Below are positions 16,901 through 28,900 of a stretch of 35,082 nt of DNA, piece by piece. Position numbers and translations under genes: made by a program. Origin of the DNA: Candidatus Omnitrophota bacterium (GTDB taxonomy: Bacteria; Verrucomicrobiota; Verrucomicrobiia; Limisphaerales; UBA1319); the NCBI GenBank assembly GCA_023473405.1, contig JAMCZD010000408.1, positions 1 to 35,082 on the forward strand, in the 5' to 3' direction. Under the pieces are notes generated by a model. That model made no database searches. It saw only the letters and a program-made list of their open reading frames with translations, and had not been told where the DNA came from. The stretch's first letter is position 1. Every line of letters starts with the position of its first letter.

Positions 16901-19900
16901 ATTTGCCTTGGCAGGCCCATCGCCCCCTCCCGGCCTAGAGTCGCTCTCACTCCCCGGCGGTCCATTCAACCGGCTCAGTTCTCATGGCCCGATAACCATC
17001 TCGGTGAATGTCGCCGGCCAGACCGAAGCGATCACCGGCGCGCTGGTGGTGACACTGGTGCACCCGGAAAGTGGTTCGGATTATGTGACGGTTGGAGTAT
17101 CCGACCTGAGCATGACCTTGGGCGCTGGCGCGGTAACCCTGGGCGTCAGCGGGGGAACAGGTGCGTTTGTTATTTATCCGGCTACGCCTTCGAAGCTGGC
17201 GGGTGAAGTCACGGTTGCCTCAGCGACGCTGAACGGCGCCTCGGCGGTGAGTATTGATGCGAAAGACCTGAAGCTCGAGCTGAACAATACAGGGGCCGAT
17301 GTCGGGACCCTGGATAGCCATGGCGTTTTGCAGCCGATTGTGGTCAGTATTTCCGATAATTCAGCCGACAATGTCAGTATCAAATTTGAAGGTGATTATT
17401 ACCACGATTATCTGGCCGCCGCCGGTTCAGCGAACATAGTCTTGACGGGCTTCGTGACCCTGGGCGGCAACTTCGCTTTTGAATTGTCCGACAGCGATTC
17501 GAATCAGCTCAAAGCGGCAGTGACCGATCTGCATTTTGACCTGAAAGCGGGGTCGCTGACCATCGCCTCCTTCAACAATGGCAGCGGGGCGTTTCTTATC
17601 GGCAGCGGCGGGTTGGCCGGGGTGGCGAGCCTCCAATTCGAGTCGGGGATTATCGGGATCAGCGGCGCCATTAGCCTCGAGGCAAACACCACGTCGTCCC
17701 CGGTGAATACGTCGATTACAACTGCCAGTGGCGTGACCGCTATCCACCTGGCGGATACCAACTACCTCCGCGTTGGAGTCCAAGGCTATCTGCACCTGGG
17801 GTCGGCGGCATTGCCGTTTAATTTTAACGTATCAGTAAACACCGGCACAGGCGAGGTAGAGTTCAGGCAGCAGGGAACCAATACACTGCTGGTTGCCATC
17901 TCGCCCACAGGGGAGATCACTACCGGCCTTTCCTTCTCCGACTTTGCCAAGCCGGACGCCTTTGGATTTGTCTCGATGCTGCGGCAATTGGGCGACTGGA
18001 TCGATTCATTCCGAAGCGCCAGCATATTCAACATCGAAATTCCGTTCACTGGAGGCAAGACGCTGGGCGACGCCTTTGATTGGTCGCAGCTCTTCCTGGA
18101 CAAGCTCTACAGTCACGTGGTGAGCGTCGAGCTCGAGTCAAGCCGCATTCGAGCGACGGACCCGGTCACCCACGCTCCGCTGACGGTGAGCGGGAACCTG
18201 GTGAATGCGCAATTCCAGATACAGCTCAATGATGAAACGCCCATTTTAGTTACTGTGAACGGCGCGTATGCCGATTTCAATGCACTGCTTGCCTTGCTTT
18301 CCAGCGCCTTGCCGGCGGCGCTGAGCGCACGGATCGAAGTCCGGAAGAACAAGGATGACCAGTTGGTTATCGCGCTCAAGGACGCCGAGATTGCCGCGGG
18401 GACTTCGCTGAACTTGGTTGCTGCCGATTCACAAATCAACGACCTCGGCTTCGGCCCGGGCGACAATGATCCCAGCACTGTAGATCAAGTCGGCATTTTG
18501 ACGGCGCGTTATAGCACCGAGGATTTCTTCGCGCAGCTTGCCTCCGTTTTGTTGGGCCCGGCGGTGTCTTATAACGCGGCGCAACAGGTTTACACTTACA
18601 ACGTCAATATATCCGATTCCTACTCGCAATCGGTGCCATTCAGCTTTAACCAGGACTTTGGCCCGATCGCCAGCGCGCAACTGGACGGAAAATTGACTCT
18701 CACCGGTACGGTCGGATTCAATTTGACCTTGGGTTTTGACCTGAGTGCGCGAGAGGTGCCGCGATTGCTTTCATCGAGCCTGGTTCCCGTGCCGGCCAAT
18801 GGCCAGATTAGCGATAATGCGCACTTCCAGATTTATATCAACGACGACCTGTCACCGCTCACGCTCACCCTTTCGAAGTCGGATACGAATGGCAATGGCA
18901 GCATCAGCGATTTGGCAACTGACCTGAATAATCTCTTTGGCACGGTTACCTACACTGGATTGGGCAGCCCCATTGAACTCGATCAGCTCATCATTGCCCA
19001 AGCCGCCGGGACGGGCTTGGCCATCTCCGCTCGGGATACCCAACTCGGCATTGTCAATCACCTCGCCGTCGTTTCACCCAAGAACGATCCTTTTGCCACC
19101 GAGCTGGGCTTTGGCGTTCAACTTAGCCCCGACGGTCAATATTTTCTGACGGCTTCAAACTCGACCATCAAAGGGTTGTTCATCGACCACGCCAGTCTTT
19201 CCGGCTCTCTCGCGATTACCACTGATACCTCCTACAATGCCAATGGGATCAGCGGCTCGCTCAAGTTCGGCTTTGTGGAAATCCAGGCGCAGAGCGGGCG
19301 CTTTGGCACCCTCGATTATGAAGGCAATCCAGCCCCATTAACCGCCAGCCTTTCGCTTGAAAACCGGACGACCGGCTCGACTCGTCTTTACCTGAGCGAT
19401 TTGATGAACGGGACTTCCTCGAACAACATCGCCAATATGGTGAATGGGCCGAATCTAGCCGGCAGTTTCCTGGCAGAGCTCGATGATATTACCGTGGGCG
19501 GACTGGGATTTTCGTTCCCGATCGGCAGTAATCCGAAGATCGGCGTGTGGATTCCGGACATCAAGAACCTTAATTACAATGCCGAACCTTATGATCCGGC
19601 TACTAATAACGAAGGCTTGTTCCTAGCCTATCCGGATATCGGTTACCTTCAGAACTTCACCAGCCTGAGCTTTACCCAAATCATTCAGGCGCTCCAGGCC
19701 ATCTCGACCAGTCTGAGCCAACTGAGCGCCTTTTCATTTTTGGACGACCGGCTGCCGTTGATCGACCTCAGCATCAACGACATGATCGACTATGCCTCGA
19801 AGTTTGCCGAATTGATCGGTAGCGCCGCCAACGGCGGGTCGCAATCTCTCCAGGACACTATTACCAACCTTAAAACCCAGGTCGACCACGTCCTCAACCT

Positions 19901-22900
19901 CGATCCCGATGTCCTGACCATCAGCTTGGACACCAGCGCGTCCGTGGCTCTCAAGTTCGATCTGAAGTATTCGGCCACATACGCGAACTCGCTTCCGTTC
20001 GCGCTCGATCTGAAGAAACTGGTGGCGGAGCTGGGCGGAACCAATGCCGCTGTAGCCTCCCTCCTCCAAGCGGCTACCACGCTCATCCAGGTGCAGGGCT
20101 CGGGTAACCTGACTGTCAGCGCCAGCGCCGCGCTGACCCTCGACTTCGGCCTTGACCTGTCCGATCCCTCGACCGTGCGGCCGTTCTTTTACGATACCAC
20201 CGGGGTGGTACTAACGGCCAAGGTGCTGGGCACCAACATCAACATCCAGGCATCACTCGGCGCGGTCGCCGGCATTTGGATTAAAAACGGTTCGCTGACC
20301 CTCGACGCGGACGGAAATCCCAATACTGGACCGGCCTCGGGCGATAAAGGCGCTACGTTCCGGCTTGGTTTGCGGGACAACAATGGCGATGGGCGGCATT
20401 ACTTCGATGAAGACTGGTTCAACCTCGATAACATCGACCTCCACCTGAAGGGCGGCGCCACCGCTACCTTGCCTATTTTCGCCCCGTTTGAATCTTCGCC
20501 TTTGGGTGGTCTGGACGACACCAACCATGACGGTTATCCGGATAATGACCTGGTGGTGGATATTCCTGACCTGGTCCGACTCTTTACTGAGACTCAGGCG
20601 GTATCGGGTGTCGCCGAAGTCCGCATTCCCGGTCCAAATAATGACTTCAGCATCACCCGAACCTCGAGTGACACGGATAACTTTACCGTTGTTTTCCAAC
20701 AAAATGCCGGCGTCGGGAACAGCGCTACGGCCGGCTTTTCGAGTAATACCCTGACGGTCCAGATCAACAGCGGGTCTACTACCGCCGCCGCGGTGCAATC
20801 GGCTATCCAGAACCTCGGCCAATTCACTGTCGCTTTCCTTCCCAATGATCCGACCGGACCGAATACCGGCACTGGCGTGGTAACTGTCGCCAAGCTCATC
20901 CTCGTTGCCCCGGACTTTTCAAAGTTGTTCGACAACCTCCAGTTGTGTGACCTCATCGCCAGCGAGACCGGACCTTTGCTCGATGGCTTGGACAAGTTGC
21001 TCGGCTCGATTCAGGACGGCCTGAATGCGGTCGTGCTGAACACGCGGTTGCCGCTGATCGGGGACGGCTTGGCCGGTGCCGCCAATTTCATTCAGGACTT
21101 CCGCAGCGGCCTGCTGAAGGAACTGCGTGACGAAGTAAAGGCAGCCGGCGGCAACGGTCTTACCGCCATCGAAAACGCGATCAAGAAGGCCTTCTGGAAC
21201 AGCCTTGGCCCCGGCGGGCTCGACCTTCTCGTAAATCCCAATACCCACTCCGCGTTTGATCCGGCTCAGGGATACAGCCAGCTTGATGTTAAGCTGGATT
21301 GCCAGAAGGGTTTGGTGGTGAATCTCGAGCTCAAGAAGGAAATCGCCCTTGTTGATACCAGCGGCAACCCGATCCAGTTCGATATCGGTGTGCCCGGCTT
21401 TGGTCTCGCGGTGGATGGCAACGTCAATGTATCGGTCGGGTTTGATCTCAAGTTCGGCTTCGGTGTAAGCCCCGAGGACGGTTTCTATTTCAATTCATCA
21501 GCCCCGGCGTCTGATCCTGAATTGACCCTCTTCTTCCGGGTCACTATCCCGAGCCTGCATTTCAGCGGCCAACTACTCTTCCTGCAGCTCGATGTTGCGG
21601 ACAACGCGGACGCGCCAAGCTTGTTTGACGGCCATTTTGCCGTCGATCTGCGCGACCCGAATAATGACGGCAAACTGACCTGGGCCGAAATGACGTCCAG
21701 TGGGACAAAGTTCTCGGATATTCTCAAAGCACAATTAGCCGCTGATGCACGAGTGAATCTCGATCTGGCCGCCAGCTTCGGCGGCAATACCGCTTTCCCT
21801 CGAGTATTAGCCCAGTTCCATCTCACCTGGCATTTCGATATCGTCAATGGTGCCGGCTCGCCCCAGATTTCCTTTAATAACGTCGAGCTGGACTTGGGAA
21901 CATTCATCTCCGACTTCATGGGACCGGTTCTCAAGCAGATTCAAAAGGTCACCCAACCGATCCAGCCCATCATCGACCTGGTCCAGGCGCGCATTCCCAT
22001 TCTCTCCGACCTGGCCGGACAAACGATTACCCTGCTCGACCTCGCCCAGTTTTTCGGTTTGCTCGAGCCGTCCACGGTGGATTTCATCTCTGATGTCGCC
22101 CAAGTCATCACCCTCATCAATAAACTCGACGGGCTCGGTGAAGGCACCATCCTGATCCCGTTCGGGTCCTTCAGTCTTAGCCCGGACTCGAGTGGCCAGA
22201 TGAAAACCCTTTCGGTTCTGGAAAACCTCAGCAGCATCAATCTCGGTCAAGCTATCAGCAGTGCCTCTGGTCCCGGGGTCAGCTCCACTTATCAGAGCGC
22301 CGCGGCCGGTTTTGCGGGGGACATCGGCAGCCTCCACAACTTCAGCATCCCCATCTTCGATCACCCCTCCGAGTTGTTCAACCTGTTCATTGGCAAACCG
22401 GTTCGCCTGGTCGAGTGGCGGATGCCAACGTTCAAATTCGAGTTTACTTATACCCAAAAGATACCGATTTACCCTCCTCTTTACGCTCAGTTCGGTGGCA
22501 GCATCGGAGCCGAGATCAATTTCGGTTTTGGCTATGACACCTTCGGCATCCAGGAATTCATCTCTGACCCAAATAAGAACCCGGCGGACCTTTTGGATGG
22601 CTTTTATATCTTAACTCAGGATGCCTCCGGAAAAGACTTGCCGGCTCTCAAGTTGACCGGCGAGATTTTCGCCGGCGCCTCGGTTGACCTGGTAATTGTG
22701 GAAGTAGGCGTTCGCGGTGGTGTATCGGCTACGGTCCAGTTCCTGTGGAACGATAACAGCGATAACGATGGCAAAATGCGGGTGAACGAGATCGCCGCCA
22801 ATGCGCAACAAGACCCGCGCTGCATCTTCAATATCGATGGCGAGCTTAGCCTGTTCCTCGAAGCTTACCTGAAGATTAACTTGTTCTTCTTCAGCATCGA

Positions 22901-25900
22901 TAAAACCTGGCGGTTCGCCGAAATCACTCTGGTTTCCTTCGACGTTCATTGTCCGGAGCCTGTCTTGGGCGAAATGAGCGGCAGCACGCTCACACTCAAC
23001 GCCGGCTCTCGTGCTTCCCTGCGCGAGTATGTCGACACTGCCGATAATTCTGAGACGTTCGTCGTCCGCCACGTGGACGGCACCGCTGGCAACGAAACCG
23101 TGGACGTCACCTGGAGCAACCACAAGAAAACCTTCACCGGGGTGGATAAAATCGTTGTCCTCGACGCCGGCCAGGGCGATGACGTTCTCGATTTTCGCAC
23201 CGTTCTTTCGCCCGTCGAGGCCAATGGCGGCGTGGGTAACGACACTATTTACCTCAGCGACGGCGCTAATTCACTGGCTGATGGCGGCCCCGGAAACGAC
23301 ACCATCATCGCCAGCTCTGCCGCCACAGCCACCGGCGTGGTCCTTCAAGGCGGCGATGGGAATGACACGATCACCGCCGGCACCGTTGCCATTACGATAC
23401 ACGGCAACGGCGACAATGATAGCATCACCGGTAGTCCAGAGGGCGATTCACTCTATGGCGACAACGGCGATGACACGATCGTTGCCGGTGACGGCGATGA
23501 CTTTGTCGATGGCGGCGACGGTAATGATACCATCGAGGCCGACGCCGGAAGCGATTTCGTCTTCGGCGGCGCCGGCGACGACCTCATCCGCGGCAACCGC
23601 GACGATGATGTCATCGACGGTGGCGACGGCTCCGACCAGGTCTTCGGCGGAGCAGGCAATGACTTGCTCATCGGCGGCAATGGCAATGACAAAATCTATG
23701 CCCACGGCGGAACCGATCTGTTGATCGGCGACCAGGTCGGCACCGTCAACAATCTCAATATTACGCAGGCAAACCTGGGTCCTATCAAGACTGCCCTCGC
23801 CGCTATCCCGTCTTCCGGCATAACCGCCAAGGGACTGACCGGCAGCGGTAATGATTTCCTGGTGGGCGGCGGTGGCAGCGATGTCATTTTTGGCGGCGAC
23901 GGCGATGACTTCCTTTACGGCGGCAACCTCGCCGCCAATGGCGATACCGAGGTCATCGAGGAAGATGGCAACGATTTCATCGACGGTGGACGCGGCAACG
24001 ACACGATCTTTGGTGATGACTCGATGGGCCGCACCGGCGACCGCGATACCGGCATAGCCATCAAATCAAGCATTTGGTACGACCTGAACCTGAACGGAAA
24101 ACGCGACTCGGACGAAACGGGATTTGGAGGCGTTACCGTGCAGTTGTTCACCGCCAGTAATCCGCCCGGCATCGGCTCACCTATCGCCACCGAAAAGACC
24201 GACGTGGACGGCGCCTTCGCCTTCCTCGGCCTCGATCCGAACAACTATATCCTGGTCTTTTCCCTGCCAACCGGTCTCGACTTCACCGCGCGAACCACTA
24301 CCAACGTGGGACAAGCCTCCGACGACAATGATGCCGACCCGAACGCGGGACCGACCCTGGGCCAAACCAACATCTTTAATGTCACCTACGACCAGACGTT
24401 TACCGCCGTTAGCGCCGGTTACACCGGCCCCGCCAAGGTTTCGATAACCGATAGTTCCGTAGCCGAAGGCAATACCGGCCAGGCACAACTGGTCTTCAAC
24501 GTCACCCTCTCCGGCCCGCAAGCCGCACCGGTCCAAGTCGAATATACAATCGTGGATGGCACAGCAACCGCTTCCAGCGGCGATTACGTTCCCATGAACG
24601 GCACCCGGACTTTGCAATTCGATCCCGGCCAAACCTCCAAGCAAATCAGTGTCCTGGTCAACGGCGACTCGATGTTCGAACCGGATGAACAGTTTCAACT
24701 CCAAATAGTCCGGTCCCAACGCATGGACTCCGGCGGGCCATTCAATTTGACACTGAGCCAACCCGTCATTCTCGGCACCATTATTAACGATGATCCTGTT
24801 CCAACCATCGCCATCCAGGACTACAATCCAACTCCGGATGAAACTGAAGGCACCCCTGCCACTTTCATCGTTACCCTGTCCAATCCAAGCCAATACCCGG
24901 TCTCGGTTGATTGGCGCACCGATTCCGCCCTGACATTCCAGGGCTTGCCCGCCACTGACGCCGCTGTTCCGTCCCCACTGCCTAATGCGGACTTTACACC
25001 CGGGAACGGGACCATCACCTTCGAGCCGGGCGTGACCAACCAGGTTGTCACTGTTGCTACTCTCGACGATGCCCTCGATGAGGATACTGAAAAGTTCTGG
25101 GTGGACCTGTTTAACCCAACTTATGCCGGGATTTCCGATAGCCGCGGCTTTGGCATCATTCGCGATAACGACGGGCCGGTGAGTGTTTCTATTGCACCGG
25201 TCACTCCTATTGGCGGCCTATTCCAAACCGAGGTTACCGAAGACCACACCTCGCCGGTTTTCGTCAATCTCGATGTCCAACTCTCCGCTCCCAGCGGCAA
25301 GGTAGTCACCGTTACTTTCGCTACTTCACCCGGAACAGCCGTCGAGGCGGTTTACTCCGGTAGTGCCGACCTGCCCGATTATGTTGGGATTCCAAATCCC
25401 GATATGCCTGACGCATCAAACCAGCTCGTGTTCGAACCTGGCGGCCCGCTGTCCCAGACTATCACCGTCCAGGTAAACCCGGATAATCGGGTCGAAGGTG
25501 ACCGGACGTTTTTCGTTAACCTTCTCAGCGCGGATAACGCCATAATCGCCGCTACACCTGCCTCTGAAGGCAATCATGTAACGGTCGTGATCAAGGATGC
25601 CGACACAGTTGCAAACGTCGATTACGGCCCCTGGAGCGTGCGGTTCAGTGATGCCAATTACACCGTTCAAGAACCAGTCAGTGGGACCGCCACAGCCAAT
25701 ATCACCCTCGTGCGTACGCCGGGTAGCTCCCAGGCCGTGGTTGTCTTTTACACCACTGACGGCACCGCCACCGGCGGCCTGGACTATGCGCCGGTGTTCC
25801 GGCAGTTGGTCCGGTTCGACTCGGACGAACTGACCAAGACCATCCCCATTACCATTTACTCCGATAATATCGTTGAAGGCGACGAAACCGTGCTGCTGTC

Positions 25901-28900
25901 GCTGCGGAATCCTACTGGAGGCCCGGTTCGCGCTCAACCCGACACGGCAACGCTGACAATCAAAGACGGCAATACGCCGGCCATTTATATCGTGCCGCCT
26001 GTCTTCTCTTTGATCCCGAACCTCTCATTCGGGATGTGGGAAGGCAGCTCCGGGGCTAATACCGCCCATAACTTTTACGTCTATCTCAAAGACCCCGCCA
26101 CTAACGCAACCTCGGTGGCCGGCCCGGGCGGAGTGACTATTCACTATCAAACCGTCAATCTTACTGCCATTGCCGGCCAGGACTACACCGCCGCCCAAGG
26201 CAGCGTGACCATACCCGCCGGCAGCAGTTCAGCGAGCATTCCGATCCAGGTGTTCGGCGATACCATAGCCGAGCTTAATGAGACCTTCGCCGTTCGCATC
26301 GCTACTCCAGTTGGCGCAACTCTCGAGCCTAAGGACAGCGTGGCTATTGCCACCATTTTCGATGACGATCTGACCCCTATCAGCGGCAATATCTTCTACG
26401 ACAACAATGGAAACGGTTTCAAAGACCTTAACGAAAAAGGTATCAAGAGCGTCACCGTCGACGTCAGCTATACCAGCGGTGTCACGCCGGTAACCAATAC
26501 CGTCCCCACCGATGCCAACGGAAATTACACCACGCAGGTCCTGCTCGGACAGGTTAGCCTAAAGGTCCATGGCGATACCGTCAAGTCGCCTTACAATGGT
26601 TACATACTCCTCGGATCAGGCTCGTACCAGACTACCACGAATAATGAATCACAGGTAATCAAATTCGAAGGCAACATTGGGCTTCCCGCTTTTGGCGGAG
26701 TGGGTTACCAAATCAATTCTACGTTCAGCGTGGTTCCGGACAGCAACAAGGACACGGGACGCGGCGGCACCGACGACACCATTTTCGGCGGACCCGGCAA
26801 TGACACAATCGACGCCGGCGGCGGCGATGACCACGTGGTAGGAGGCCATTGGATGACCGCTACCGATAATAATGTGCCCATCAACCAAGGCTCTTACGAT
26901 GCGGTCGTCACCGCCACGACAACCGCCCTTCATCCCGTTTATGACAGCGGTCCCATCTTCAGCGTTGACACGAGCAGCTTGAACACAGGCGGCTCGATCA
27001 AAGGCCAGGTCTGGCTCGATGCCAACAATAACGGGCAGCAGGATGCGGGCGAGCTGTTTACCGGCCAGGACGTCGTGGTGACCCTGTTCGATTGCGACGG
27101 TAACCCGGTAAACGCCTTGGTCACGAATACCGGCTCCTATTCGTTCACCGGTATTTATCTCCAGGCTTCCTCTAGCGAATACGTTGTTCAATTCGACCTC
27201 CCGAAAGGTTACACCTTCGTCAGCCCCGTGCCCGCCCCGCCTTCAGTCAACAGTGATGTCGTGGTTGGAGGAAGAACGAGCATCGTTACCTTGAGCACCG
27301 GAAGTCCATCGGTCACCGACCTTGACGCCGGCATCCGTCTGGCCGACGTCCAGCCAGTCCCTGGCCCGGGCAAGTTTGAGTTCGGCGATTCGGCATTCAG
27401 CGTTTCGGAGTCGGTCAAAGAGGGGCTGATCACCATTACTGTTGTGCGCGGCGATTCATTCGATCCCCGTCCGGTGGTTGTGCGGACCGAAGATGGAACA
27501 GCGGTTCAAGGCATAAATTACACTCGGGTTTCCATTCTGCTCTACTTTGGCGTGGGCGAAACCGTCAAGACCGTTGACGTCCCTATTATCGATACGGACT
27601 CGCTCGGATTCTGCACTGATCCGCTCGTCTTTCACCTCTCCCTGCGTGATCCGACCGGCCGCCCGCTCGATCAGGCTGAGGTCTATATCGGCGGTGATTC
27701 TTTCGGAGCCAACACTGACGATGATTCCATCCAGGGCGGTGATGATTGGGATATACTCATCGGCGACTCCGGCAATATCCCGGCACCCACCGTGATCGAT
27801 CCCAATCCGCCTTACAATAACCTGGGCGCCATTGTCTATTCCGGCGGGCCTGGCAAGGATATCGTCAACGGCGGCAATGGCCCGGACTTCATCAATGGTC
27901 AACTCGGTAATGACACTCTGGCGGGCAATGCCGGCCAGGATATCGTGAAAGCCGACTTGGGCAACGACATCGTTTATGCCGAACTGGATGACGACGTTAT
28001 CGATGGCGGTTACGGCTTCGATACGGTCATTTCCAACCGTGATGTTCCGATCGTCGAGTTGACCACCACCAGTCCAACCACCGCAACCTTGGTCCACAAG
28101 ACCAGCGCCGGCGCGCCCTTGAGCACCTTTAGCCTCTCGAGCATCGAGATGGCCCAACTATTAGGCGGACCGCGGGATAACACATTCAATCTCACCAGTT
28201 GGAATGGCTCAGCCTTCATCGCCGGCGATGGCGGGAACGATACCCTGCTGGTCACTAACGACGCCGACATGATTCTCGATGACGCCACACCGATCGAAGG
28301 GCTGTTCTTCTATTTACTCTATGGCTTCTTCAAAGACTCAGCCTTGAGCCTGCCCAATGGTTCAACTTACCAACTCGGGTCGCTCGAAAACGTTAGCCTT
28401 ACCGGCGGTCCCGGCGATAATACCCTCGATGCGTCGGGTTACTCACGCTCGGTCACCTTTGCCGGCCTGCGGGGCGACGATACCCTCATCGGTGGCGCCG
28501 GCGACGATACCTTCCGGTTTGATGCTGACACCCCGCTCGGCGCCGACACCGTCATTGGCAATGGGGGACGCGACACCCTCGATTTCTCCAGCACCACCAC
28601 GGATGTCACGGTCAATCTCGGGACCACAGCGCCAACCAGCCAGACCGTTAATCCAGACCTTAGCCTGAAACTGGTCGATCCCATTGAAAATGCCACCGGC
28701 GGCGCCGGTAATGACACGCTCACCGGCAACGCCCTGGACAACGTGCTCATCGGCGGTCCAGGCATCGATGTCTTGGCCGGCGGCCCGGGCAGCGAAACCT
28801 ACGTGTTCGACACCGACACCCCGCAAGGCAACAAGACGATTATCGAGAATATAGCCGACCCAGGTTTTGATACCTTGGACTTCTCCGGCACCGCCACCTT

